From Myxococcota bacterium (GTDB lineage Bacteria > Myxococcota > XYA12-FULL-58-9 > JABJBS01), in assembly GCA_036339465.1 (NCBI GenBank), contig JAYZAY010000071.1:1-54174 (forward strand): a stretch of DNA of 54,174 bases. Direction: 5' to 3'. Positions 19,906 through 29,805 of this stretch are shown here, piece after piece; within the stretch, counting starts at the first letter, position 1; each line of letters opens with the position of its first letter. A model generated the notes under the pieces. That model ran no database searches and was not told the origin of the DNA. It saw only the letters and a program-made list of their open reading frames with translations. A program made the position numbers and the translations under genes.

Positions 19906-20580
19906 TTACGCAGAAAAATGTTGTTCTATTCGGCCAATAAGGTAGGGGAGTGTCAGGGAATGTAGGTGTGTTTTCATCCTGTGTTGGGCCTGGGAGGGGA
20001 TGACTTTTTGCAAGGTTCGATGGAGCATTCGCCGGTTCTTGAAAATCCCTGTTTTGGCAACCCGACTTAAAGCTTTTGGGGCGAGACCTAGAAGTATGAG
20101 ATTGAACCAGGGCAGATCCCTAGCGGAGGCATTTAATTGTTTGCTGTCGAGGAGTGTCTTGGTGATTTCGGAAGCGTGGTGGATGAAGTCCTCATTGGAG
20201 AGACCGGGCGATACGATTTCAATAATCACGGTTAGTTGTATGATGAATTGATGGAGGGTTCCCCCGCTTTGTAGGGCAAAGCGCGCTGGAGGGTAGACGA
20301 CGAGATAGGGAAGCCAGTAAAGGAATCGCTGGGTGTTGCTTTTTTGGGCATCCCAGCTTTCAAGGGCACGGTTTACGTAGCTGTCCAGGTTGGATTGTGG
20401 CACTGGGGGCGCATTTCGGAGTATTTCCCCGGCGATTTGTCGAACATATTGCGTGGTTTTCATGACCATCGCATCTTTTCGTGTGTTATTTTGCCCTTTG
20501 TTTTGGGGGTGGCTTTGGTCTTGGGGGGCTTTGGGCTCAGTCACTTCGGCAGATCCACGGCTTGAAAGGGCTCTGGTCAA
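19906..20580 (-). CDS. Hypothetical protein
   Basis: 224-aa ORF filling an otherwise empty region. The start is uncertain and may be ATG 20469 or 20463. Confidence 0.55.
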   Translation of the reverse strand: MTRALSSRGSAEVTEPKAPQDQSHPQNKGQNNTRKDAMVMKTTQYVRQIAGEILRNAPPVPQSNLDSYVNRALESWDAQKSNTQRFLYWLPYLVVYPPARFALQSGGTLHQFIIQLTVIIEIVSPGLSNEDFIHHASEITKTLLDSKQLNASARDLPWFNLILLGLAPKALSRVAKTGIFKNRRMLHRTLQKVIPSQAQHRMKTHLHSLTLPYLIGRIEQHFSA

Positions 20581-21010
20581 ATCTTGGGCTCCATTTTTCC
20601 CATAATCCTTGGGGCTTTCAAGGTATTTTTTTCTTTTGGTTTGGACTTATTCCTAGAAAGTGCGTGGGCCCCCCGCTTTCTGGGAAACAAGCGTTCTCTT
20701 TTATGCTGTTTCCGTGGTGAGTATGGCCGATGAAATGGGTGTCTATGTGGGTTGTGTCCAGCCTGAACTCATTTTTATGCTGGATCCTATGAATGAACCA
20801 AAATACGGTTTTAAGCTCAATGGGTGTGGGTGCTGCCGGGGATTTAAAAGTTGGTGCTCGGTTAGACTTGATATCGAGTCGTTGGGTCGCTAGATGCTTG
20901 TAACTGTGGCGGGCAACACCAGTTTCTCTGTCATGATTAAGCAGGATGAGAGGTCCTAAGGTGGACGGAGCAGCAAGTAATACTTTGTAAACCCCATCCT
21001 ATCGGGAAAA

Positions 21011-22696
21011 ATGATGAATTATGCACGAGAAAACCTCAAGTGGAATGGTTGGGGTTGGGCTGACCGGAAATTTGATTTGGAAGGCAAGGAGACCGCTTTC
21101 TGGGATTTTTTGAAGCAAGCCCTGGGGCTTGATGGTTTGAGTCATCGGCCTTCGGTGAATTGGGAGGATGTGCAAATCCCCAGCGCCCGGCTGAGTTCTA
21201 AGCAGGTAAAGGTGTTGGAGAAGATCTGTGTCTCTGGGTTGATTACGGCTTCTGATTACCAGCGAATTTTTCATGCCATCGGGAGAAGTTACAGAGATTT
21301 ACTTGCTGTTCGGGCCGGAACCATCGAACACTATCCCGATTTAATTGCTTATCCCGCAAGTCGCGATGAGCTGGTGAATCTGGTGGCGTTTGGCCATGCC
21401 AATGACATCGTTTTGGTTCCTTATGGGGGGGGATCGAGTGTCGTGGGTGGGGTTGAGGCGCTGTCTGGCACTTCCAAACGACCGGTGATTACGGTTGATT
21501 TACTCTATATGAATAAACTTATTTTTATGGACGAGGATTCGCAACTTGCGACAGCAGAAGCAGGTATTTATGGACCCGAACTAGAAGCTTCTCTTCAAAG
21601 TCGAGGGTATAGCGCAGGGCACTTTCCTCAGTCTTTCGAGTTTTCCACTTTGGGAGGTTGGATTGCCGCGCGTGGCGCTGGTCAACAATCAAATGGCTAC
21701 GGCGCCATGCATAAAATTATGGTTTCAGCCAATATGGTCACACCTACCGGGAGTCTCCAAACCCTTACGGTTCCCAATGCATCCAGTGGACCGGATTTAG
21801 CTGAACTTGTCGTGGGGTCTGAAGGTGTGTTGGGTATCATCAGTGATGCCACCATTAAGATCCATCCCAAAGCCAAGAAACGGGATTTTCGCGGCTATTT
21901 TTTTCGAAGTTTTGAAGCTGGATGCAAGGCGGTCCAGGAGATTTCTCAATCCGATGTGCCGGTATCCATGCTGAGGTTGTCAGACCCTGATGAGACGAAG
22001 TTTTTATTGCAATTTCGTTCTTTGGGGGAATCTAAATCGACTGCCAAGGAGTTGCTTTGGTCTGCGATGTCTCTTGGGGGGTACGGCGATTCTATGAGTC
22101 TGCTCCTACTTGGGGTGGAAGGTCAGGCAACGACTGTTGCCAGTAGTGTTTATCAAACAGGTCTTTTTTGTGTGAAACACGGAGGGATCCCGGTGGGGAC
22201 CAAGGTGGGTGATAATTGGTATCGAAATCGATTTGAGATGCCCTATTTGCGTGACCCCCTTCTCGCTCATGGCTGTGGTGTCGATACATTGGAGACGGCC
22301 ACCACTTGGTCTAATTTGGGGCAGCTTTACCGGGTTGTTCAGAGGGCTATCCGAGATGCGATCTTTGAGACGTTGGATGGTTGTTTCGATTCCATTGTCA
22401 TGTGCCATGTCTCTCATTCCTATCACGATGGTGCCAGTCTCTATTTTACGTTTGTGTTTCCTCAAAAAGAGTCCGAGGAGTTGCCGCAGTGGCTTACCAT
22501 TAAGAAAGCGGCATCTGCCGCCATTCGTGCCAGCGGGGGAACCATCAGTCACCACCACGGCATTGGCGTGGATCACATGCCTTGGATGCGGAGCGAAATA
22601 TCACCGATGGGGATCACCATCTTGGAAGGGATTAAAGATACTGTGGATCCTAAATCTATCATGAATCCGGGGAAACTGATCCCGCGTGAAAAATAG
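21011..22696 (+). CDS. FAD-linked oxidoreductase of the alkyl-dihydroxyacetonephosphate synthase (AgpS) type
   Basis: KWNGWG, PYGGGSSVVGGV, GHFPQSFEFSTLGGW.AAR.AGQ.S, DTLETA, CHVSHSY.DGASLYF, SHHHGIG and MNPGKL. Confidence 0.9.
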   Translation: MMNYARENLKWNGWGWADRKFDLEGKETAFWDFLKQALGLDGLSHRPSVNWEDVQIPSARLSSKQVKVLEKICVSGLITASDYQRIFHAIGRSYRDLLAVRAGTIEHYPDLIAYPASRDELVNLVAFGHANDIVLVPYGGGSSVVGGVEALSGTSKRPVITVDLLYMNKLIFMDEDSQLATAEAGIYGPELEASLQSRGYSAGHFPQSFEFSTLGGWIAARGAGQQSNGYGAMHKIMVSANMVTPTGSLQTLTVPNASSGPDLAELVVGSEGVLGIISDATIKIHPKAKKRDFRGYFFRSFEAGCKAVQEISQSDVPVSMLRLSDPDETKFLLQFRSLGESKSTAKELLWSAMSLGGYGDSMSLLLLGVEGQATTVASSVYQTGLFCVKHGGIPVGTKVGDNWYRNRFEMPYLRDPLLAHGCGVDTLETATTWSNLGQLYRVVQRAIRDAIFETLDGCFDSIVMCHVSHSYHDGASLYFTFVFPQKESEELPQWLTIKKAASAAIRASGGTISHHHGIGVDHMPWMRSEISPMGITILEGIKDTVDPKSIMNPGKLIPREK

Positions 22697-22732
22697 TTTT
22701 GCGACAATTAGCGATGTTCGGAGGAAAAATCG

Positions 22733-25700
22733 TTGCTCTATTTGTATCAAAGTTACGATGTTTCTGATCTCGCGGGAGCGATGAGTGAATTAATTCGTCG
22801 ATTTCCCTTGGCCCCGAGTCAGCAAGAGTGTGTGGTGGTTGGCAATCGCTCGGTGGCAAACTGGCTAGAACACATTCTTACTTTAAGATTGGAGATCTTA
22901 GCGAATACAAGGTTCCCAGGTCCCCGAGGCATGGTGGAGGAGGTGCTCTTTGGCTATGAACAGATGGAGGGTGGAGCACCAAAGACTGCTGCAGCCAATT
23001 GGGAACCGGATTCTCTTTGTTGGCTGATCCTTGTGGAATTATGGAAATATCGTGGTGAGACCTGGCTCGATAACGTGAGTCGTTATTTGGGTTGGACGTC
23101 TCTCTCCGATGATGCCCTTCCGACACTTGGTTTAAAGGAGTATACATTCTCCCGAACATTGGCTGATTTATTCGACCGTTTCATCACGTATCGGCCGAAA
23201 GATGCTCAGACCCTGGCAGAAGCACCGGAACTTGAGGATTGGCAAGATATTTTGTTTCGGAAGCTGGAATTGCTCCACGGAGACAACCATTTTGCCAATC
23301 GTCTTCATCATTTTATGGCAGCGCCAAATGAGGTTCTGAGGGAGTCTTTGAGCAGTCTGGGGCGCGTGAATCTCTTCGCTCCCAACGCTTGGCCTCCAGT
23401 TTATATGAGCTTTTGGGCCAGGGTTTCGGAGTTTGTTGATGTCCATGTCTTTTTGCAGCGCTATTGCTCTTCCTATCTGCTTTCAGACGAAGTGTTAGGA
23501 CAGAGAAGCTCGATGACATTAAGTGGTTGGAAGGGTGCGCTGGCATCCCTCACTCAACTCGGGGAACAGAATATTTGGTTTGCGCAAAAGTTTTACGAGG
23601 AGGTTTCAAAAACGGACAATGTCGAGGTCCCCATCTCTGATTATATGCCGGGTGTGGTTGAAATGCCAGATGACGGGGGCTTGCTGAATAAGGCTCGTTT
23701 TCTTGTGAAACGGTGGTGTGACGAAGGTGACGTCCTGGAGCCTTTTGAGACGCATGGCGATCAGAAGGGGGGAGAGTCCATTGAGTTTTATTCGTGCTTT
23801 GGGGCTCGGCGTGAACTTGAGATGGCGCACCGTCGTATTCTGGAACTCTTCGAGGAAATTCCAGATCTCTTGCCCCATGAGATCTCGGTTGTTTGTTCTG
23901 ACGCAAAAACCTATCTGGCTCTGGCGATGGGGGTTTTTGGACAAGGAGATGGTGATGCACCTGGTGGGGGCTCTGGCGCTTTGGGATATCCGAAGGTGCC
24001 TTTTCAATTGGTGGGATCTTCTGTGGGGGGCGGAGATGATATCACCGGATTCCTAGAATTGGTTTTTAATCTTGCAGATTCGCGTTTTGCTTTGTCTGAT
24101 TTAGCTCTTTTTCTCGAAAATAATCTTGTTTGGCGGCACTTGGGGTTAAGCAGTGGAAGTTACCGACAATTACTTCGTTTGTTTGAAGAGTTTGGATTTA
24201 CTTGGGGGCTAGATGCCGACCATCGCCGTGAACATGGCTTTTCGGATCGAGGTGAACGAACACTTCGGGTGGCCATTGAGCGTATGACTCGATCCTTAAG
24301 TGATACGCCACTAAGTGGGGTTGGAAATGGACTCACTTTGAATGATGATTTCCGTTCGGTGTTAGGGAATTTTCTCGATCTGTTTAACGTCTTGCGTGGG
24401 TTTTGGCGTGACTACCCAAACCCAAAGTCCCTTCTTACTTGGACGGATGGTTTTTCTTGCGTCCTAAATCGCGCCTTTTCAGAGGATTTTCTTGAACCGA
24501 ATCAATGGCGCTCAGTACGTGAAGCATTGGAAACTGTGCGCGAGAACTCTCGGGGATGGCAAGAACCGGTGAAAGGGGAAGTGTTTTGGCAAAGTCTTTC
24601 TGCCCAATTCGACATCTTGAGGAGGAGGCCCTATAAACATGGCCGGGGTGTTGCAATTGGTGATCACTCTTCTCTCCACCAAATACCCTTTCGAGTGGTC
24701 TTTATGGTCGGATTGTCTGAATCCCTATTTCCCAAAAGAGAGCGGTTGCTTCCCTATGACCGTATGGGCAAGAGCCCTCGACCGGGTGAGCCGGGTTACA
24801 AACCTCAAGGACAGACTCTTTTTTGGGATATGTTCTATGGGGCGAAGCAAAAATTGATTTTGTCGCATCCCGGCAACGATCCAAAAGATGGAAGTATCTT
24901 GGCACCATCAAATCTCCTGAGCAAGTTTCATCAAGCGATGGTTAAGATCAACGGTTTATGTGGAACCGAAGTGGCAGATGCACATGATTTACCATGGAAC
25001 GAAGAGAGATTGTTTAAGCACAGTCGTCAGGTGGGGGATGTCGGGTCCATCCATGAAGAGTTTGGTCAGTTAAGTTCGAGTTTGTCTAATGCACTCAACC
25101 TAGAAAAAAGGGAGGAGGAGATTCGGATTTTTGAGTTCGAAGAACTCCAGTCCGAACAAGACCCCCCAGGCGATATTTTGGATGTCGAACTTCTTCGGTT
25201 TGTTCAAGATCCACTGAAGTTCTTTTTGGAACGGTCTCTTAATTTGAGGGTCCATCGTGAATATGCAAAGGAAGACCGAGATTGGGACCCTTATCAATTA
25301 ACGGGTCTAAATCGATGGAAATGGGTTCACCGGCAGTTTGCCCAAATTGGAGAGGAAATCGATCCTACTGATTTGAATGATGAACTGCATATTGAGTCAT
25401 TTGGACCCTTTCAAGGCTTGGAAACAAAGCGCTTTGAGCACCAATTGTCTGGGTTGCGCAATGATAATCGGCTTCCAACATCTCTCCTCCCACGCGCGGA
25501 AGAAATTAAGTGGTATTCTCGCAACCACGATGCTCTTATTAGGAGCCATATTACTTTTGACAACTCTCGCACTTGGGGGGTTTGGATCCAGGGGTCTGGT
25601 TTAAAACCCTTTCACACTTTGAGAGCGTGGATACACAGCGCTCTTCTCTTTTTATCCCATGAAGAACGAGGAGCATGGGTTGTGGGTTTGCCGGATTGTT

Positions 25701-26080
25701 CCGAAAGTGAATTACTGCAGATACGAGACGTTTGGTCGACGCAAGGCGCTGTGGATTATCTCGATGGTGTTTTTGGTTGGTATTATCGCGGGATAAAGTG
25801 CCCAATTGTTTTTGAAGCCAAGGCTGGTTTAAGCGCAGCGAAGAAGCTTTGGAAAATGGGGATACGTGAGTTGAGTAATCTAGAGTCTGGGATCCCCCCG
25901 TTGAGCCTTGGGAGTTATTTTCTGGATATGGATGGCCAGCTTGTACCAGCCATCCGACAATTGTTTGGCAGCGATTTCGTGCAGGAGTTTAAGTTAGGTG
26001 GCCGATATGAATACTACTATGCCGATTTCTTGAGGATGGCGCTTCTCTTGTGGGGACCGAGTTTAAGGGGGAGTCTTTAG
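22733..26080 (+). CDS. recC: Exodeoxyribonuclease V gamma subunit
   Basis: RecC-like N-terminus (VVV...ANWL...G/EILAN.RFP), 'LADLFDRF.TYRP', 'WGLD..HR', 'IPFRVV.MVGL...FP' and 'F.QDP.K.FL..SL'. Immediately upstream of recB. Confidence 0.9.
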   Translation: MLYLYQSYDVSDLAGAMSELIRRFPLAPSQQECVVVGNRSVANWLEHILTLRLEILANTRFPGPRGMVEEVLFGYEQMEGGAPKTAAANWEPDSLCWLILVELWKYRGETWLDNVSRYLGWTSLSDDALPTLGLKEYTFSRTLADLFDRFITYRPKDAQTLAEAPELEDWQDILFRKLELLHGDNHFANRLHHFMAAPNEVLRESLSSLGRVNLFAPNAWPPVYMSFWARVSEFVDVHVFLQRYCSSYLLSDEVLGQRSSMTLSGWKGALASLTQLGEQNIWFAQKFYEEVSKTDNVEVPISDYMPGVVEMPDDGGLLNKARFLVKRWCDEGDVLEPFETHGDQKGGESIEFYSCFGARRELEMAHRRILELFEEIPDLLPHEISVVCSDAKTYLALAMGVFGQGDGDAPGGGSGALGYPKVPFQLVGSSVGGGDDITGFLELVFNLADSRFALSDLALFLENNLVWRHLGLSSGSYRQLLRLFEEFGFTWGLDADHRREHGFSDRGERTLRVAIERMTRSLSDTPLSGVGNGLTLNDDFRSVLGNFLDLFNVLRGFWRDYPNPKSLLTWTDGFSCVLNRAFSEDFLEPNQWRSVREALETVRENSRGWQEPVKGEVFWQSLSAQFDILRRRPYKHGRGVAIGDHSSLHQIPFRVVFMVGLSESLFPKRERLLPYDRMGKSPRPGEPGYKPQGQTLFWDMFYGAKQKLILSHPGNDPKDGSILAPSNLLSKFHQAMVKINGLCGTEVADAHDLPWNEERLFKHSRQVGDVGSIHEEFGQLSSSLSNALNLEKREEEIRIFEFEELQSEQDPPGDILDVELLRFVQDPLKFFLERSLNLRVHREYAKEDRDWDPYQLTGLNRWKWVHRQFAQIGEEIDPTDLNDELHIESFGPFQGLETKRFEHQLSGLRNDNRLPTSLLPRAEEIKWYSRNHDALIRSHITFDNSRTWGVWIQGSGLKPFHTLRAWIHSALLFLSHEERGAWVVGLPDCSESELLQIRDVWSTQGAVDYLDGVFGWYYRGIKCPIVFEAKAGLSAAKKLWKMGIRELSNLESGIPPLSLGSYFLDMDGQLVPAIRQLFGSDFVQEFKLGGRYEYYYADFLRMALLLWGPSLRGSL

Positions 26081-26082
26081 AC

Positions 26083-29000
26083 ATGGACCATTCAGCCATT
26101 CCATCCTTTGAGATTACGGCTCCAATCAACCCGGGTTTTCGCTTGATTGAGGCCAGTGCGGGTACGGGAAAAACTTTTACCGTGGGTGGGATCTACCTTC
26201 GCTTGGTGATCGAACTGAATATCCCAGTTCAGAAAATTCTCGTGGTGACCTTTACGAATGCAGCCACTCAGGAATTGAGCACGAGATTGCGTGACAGGTT
26301 GCGCGACTTTGAATCGCTCTTAGACAATAACGGGGGCGCGCATTCAGATCCGGTCTTTAATCACATTTTAACAAAGACTCTCGTGGACAATTCTAGGGAA
26401 GTTCTACTGGAAAGAGTAAGACGGGCGTTGGTGGAATTTGATGAAGCGAAGATCTGCACCATCCATGGTTTTTGTCAGCGGTTACTTTCCGATCAGTTCT
26501 TTCTCGCTGGGGAGTTTGTCGATTTTGTTTTGGAACCCTCAGACAATCTGGCTCATGAGGAGTATTCGAGGCGTTGCTTTGAAACATGGGTGGAGGCTAA
26601 GCCATTTCTCTTTCTAGCTTGGTTGCGCAAGCTCAAATACGGCCCATCGAGGCTTGTGGAATTGCTTCGTTTAGCGGAGAAGCACCCGCTGGTCGATTTG
26701 CATTTGGAGAATACGAACAACGACTTTCCTGACGTGGCCGCCGAGTCTTTTATGAAGAAGGTACGCGTCTTTGTTGATGGAGTCTGGTGTAATGAAGTCG
26801 GTAAGAGCTTTCGGAATTCGATTTGGCGGGGAATTGAAGAAGGCGTTTTAAATAAGAATTCATATCGTTTCAATGCTGCTTCCTTTGAAGAGAGAATTCT
26901 TAAATGTGAGCAAATGCTTTGTGATTTGGCACAGGGGGTGGGTATTTTCGACGGGGAGGTATTAGAGAAAATCCGACCCTCTTATTTAAAGTCGAAAACC
27001 AAGAAGAGTATGAGCTTAGATTTACATGGGGAGTCGTGTGGAGATCTTATCGAAGAACTTTACGACGATTGGGGTGTGCTAGAAGAGAAGTTTCGAGAGG
27101 GTTGCCTCCACTTTGAAAAACAACTCATTACGCATTATCAGAAGTCTTTGTTGTCCGGAGACCTGAGTGGCCGGGAAAAGTCTTTTTCGGATCTTCTTAC
27201 AGATACTTATCGTTTGGTTCAGTCATTGGAGAATGACCCAAAACGCCTAGGGGAAGTAGCGGGTGAGTTTGAAGCCTGCTTAATTGATGAGTTTCAGGAT
27301 ACCGACCAACTTCAATGGACCATTTTTCAGAAACTCTTTGTGGAACAAAGACGGCGGGTAATCGGCGTTGGGGATCCTAAACAGGCCATCTACGGTTTTC
27401 GGGGTGCGGATGTACAAACCTATTTTGGTGTTAAGGAGTCTTGTTCCGATTTGTCTGGTTTGAATACCAATTGGAGATCTGATGGGCGTCTCATTATGGC
27501 GCTCAATGGTCTTTGGCGATTCCCTGGACAGTCTTCGGAATTTGATCACGCGGCAGTGCTCGCCGCTAAGGAGGCGACACGGTGGCGCAATGACAGCGGT
27601 GCACGGGTGCCTTTCCTATTGCGAAGTATCCGCCCATCCGAAGTTGGTTCTGATGCAAAGAAGGTAAAATTTCCTTCCAAAGCTAAGGCTTTGGAGCTTT
27701 GTTTAAGGGCCATGGTTTTGGATATCTTAGATTTTCTTGGCTCTTCTCCGATGGTTGAAGTTTCCAACGACTGTTGGCGGTCAGTCTCCCTAAACGACTG
27801 TTCGGTTTTGGTGCGAAAAAACTCTGAGGCTGAGGCAGTGAGTAGGGCGTTGGCCGAGGTAGACCTTTCGGCGACTATCTTGGGGCATAAGAGCATCTTT
27901 GAAACAGAAGATGCGAAGGGCTTTGCCCTTTTTCTCGGCGCTTTGGAATCTCCGGGTAATCAATACCTGATTTATCAGGCTCTTCAAAGTCGCTTTTTCG
28001 GACTTTCCGTAAGGTCGCTGAAGGACTTTCTCGATTCTTCGGAAACCGCGGCGGCGTGGTCACGGCTCTTTGTGCAGTGGCGCCATTTGTGGATTCGGTT
28101 TGGGCCAATGGCAGTGGTCGAGGAATGTCTTGTGCACGAGGCCCGCGGGGCTCAGCTATTTGCGAAGATTGGGGGAGAGCGCTGTGTTGTGAATTGGCGA
28201 CAATTGGCCGAAATGGTCCAAAAAAATTGTGCCGATGAACGTTGGAATCTTGAATTGTCGGGTCGTTGGCTGGCGCGAGGAATCGAGGGCAAGATTGACG
28301 CTGAGGGTGAAACCGAAGTACGTCTTGATAAGGATTTTAACGCCATTCGAATCTTGACGGTTCACAAGAGTAAGGGGTTGGAGTTTCCCTTTGTCTTTTG
28401 CCCCTTTCTCAGTTTCGGGAGTGCTGCGCGGATACCGTCTTGGCCGTTTGTCTATCATGGTAAAGAAGAGGGGGAGGTCAGAGTTGCATTTGGAGAGTTG
28501 CTTGATGCAGTTGGTACGAAAGATGCGTGGTCGGTACGTGCCCAGGAGGTACAAGAAGAGGAAATGAGACTTCTTTACGTCGCCCTGACACGGGCCCGGC
28601 ATCGGCTGTGGGTTTATTATGTTCCCACCAAGACAGGCGCAAACTCCTCGCTCGGAAGGCTCTTGCATGGACACCAAATGCTGGATTCTACCAGCGCAAC
28701 TTTTGTGAAAGATGGGTGGTCGGATTCGGTTGCGTCGCTGGTTTGCGATGACCTCTTGAGCATTACTGAGATAGAGACAGAAACAAGCGTGGAATCCACG
28801 GGAGGACGTCCTTCTTTTGGGGGAACGGATACGGAGGTGGGTTCACGGATTTATACGGGTCCAAAACTCGATGCCGTGCATTTTCGGAAAACGAGTTTTA
28901 CCGAACTTATTGCCGGCCATGATTTCAGCTCTGAAGGGGGCTTGGTTCGTCCAGAAAGTTCGTTACTTCCCATAGGAACGGAGTCAGAGAGGATTCTCCT

Positions 29001-29805
29001 TGCGGATTTTCCGAAGGGCAAAGAGGTCGGCATCTTTTTGCACCAAATCTTGGAGAAATATGTTGGGGCGGGTGTGGATGAAGATGGCTTGGAATATTTA
29101 ATTCGAACAGAAATTGTCAATAGTGGTTTGAGCCGATGGCCCATGATTATGGAGAAGATTTCACTACTCACACAATGGCTGTTGGAGGAAGTGGTCAAGG
29201 CGCGCTTCGATGCAGGTGGGTCTACCCCCGTGACACTGAGTGACCTCCGAGGCAGGACTTCCTTGGTGGAGTTTGATTTTCAGTTTTTGGTTGGTGATTC
29301 GGAAACGGAAAAGAGGAATCGTTTGGCACGGATTGCCTGCGTCCTGATGGAAGAGCAGCATCCATTGGTCTCGGATTTTGGAGCTCTTTTGAAACGGAAG
29401 TACAAGGAGAATGATTGGCGTATTATTACCGGTAGCGCTGATCTTGTCTTTCCTATTGCCGGGATGGAACAAGAGAAGTGGTCCATGGTCGATTATAAAT
29501 CCAACTTTCTCGGTGAACGCGTCGATGATTATTCCTACCAGCATTTGGCAGAAAATGTTCTGTCTCATGGGTATATCCTACAATCGTACTTATATGTTTT
29601 TGCGCTGCATCTTTTCTTAAAGAGTCGATTGTTGGATGAATATGATTATGAGACCCATGTGGGTCATTTTTCCTTTCTCTTTCTTCGGGCGATGAGCAGC
29701 AGTTTCGATGGCCGAGGAGTCTTGTCGATTCGTCCAAGTTTCAGTGCCATCCGGAAGTTGGAGGAGATTTTTCGGGTGGGAGAGGGCCGTTATGCCGATA
29801 TCTGA
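26083..29805 (+). CDS. recB: Exodeoxyribonuclease V beta subunit (SF1A helicase plus nuclease)
   Basis: IEASAGTGKT, VTFTNAAT.EL, IDEFQDTD, VGDPKQAIYGFRGAD, TVHKSKGLEF, LLYVALTRA, and nuclease H..LE...G.AD...VDYKSN...Q..LY. Confidence 0.96.
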   Translation: MDHSAIPSFEITAPINPGFRLIEASAGTGKTFTVGGIYLRLVIELNIPVQKILVVTFTNAATQELSTRLRDRLRDFESLLDNNGGAHSDPVFNHILTKTLVDNSREVLLERVRRALVEFDEAKICTIHGFCQRLLSDQFFLAGEFVDFVLEPSDNLAHEEYSRRCFETWVEAKPFLFLAWLRKLKYGPSRLVELLRLAEKHPLVDLHLENTNNDFPDVAAESFMKKVRVFVDGVWCNEVGKSFRNSIWRGIEEGVLNKNSYRFNAASFEERILKCEQMLCDLAQGVGIFDGEVLEKIRPSYLKSKTKKSMSLDLHGESCGDLIEELYDDWGVLEEKFREGCLHFEKQLITHYQKSLLSGDLSGREKSFSDLLTDTYRLVQSLENDPKRLGEVAGEFEACLIDEFQDTDQLQWTIFQKLFVEQRRRVIGVGDPKQAIYGFRGADVQTYFGVKESCSDLSGLNTNWRSDGRLIMALNGLWRFPGQSSEFDHAAVLAAKEATRWRNDSGARVPFLLRSIRPSEVGSDAKKVKFPSKAKALELCLRAMVLDILDFLGSSPMVEVSNDCWRSVSLNDCSVLVRKNSEAEAVSRALAEVDLSATILGHKSIFETEDAKGFALFLGALESPGNQYLIYQALQSRFFGLSVRSLKDFLDSSETAAAWSRLFVQWRHLWIRFGPMAVVEECLVHEARGAQLFAKIGGERCVVNWRQLAEMVQKNCADERWNLELSGRWLARGIEGKIDAEGETEVRLDKDFNAIRILTVHKSKGLEFPFVFCPFLSFGSAARIPSWPFVYHGKEEGEVRVAFGELLDAVGTKDAWSVRAQEVQEEEMRLLYVALTRARHRLWVYYVPTKTGANSSLGRLLHGHQMLDSTSATFVKDGWSDSVASLVCDDLLSITEIETETSVESTGGRPSFGGTDTEVGSRIYTGPKLDAVHFRKTSFTELIAGHDFSSEGGLVRPESSLLPIGTESERILLADFPKGKEVGIFLHQILEKYVGAGVDEDGLEYLIRTEIVNSGLSRWPMIMEKISLLTQWLLEEVVKARFDAGGSTPVTLSDLRGRTSLVEFDFQFLVGDSETEKRNRLARIACVLMEEQHPLVSDFGALLKRKYKENDWRIITGSADLVFPIAGMEQEKWSMVDYKSNFLGERVDDYSYQHLAENVLSHGYILQSYLYVFALHLFLKSRLLDEYDYETHVGHFSFLFLRAMSSSFDGRGVLSIRPSFSAIRKLEEIFRVGEGRYADI

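Noticed and set aside
2570..20673. Shared 12-mer GCGTGGGCCCCC in the gaps upstream of the FadL-like and AgpS-like genes
   Set aside because: A single 12-nt match is expected by chance at this sequence length, and the flanks do not align.
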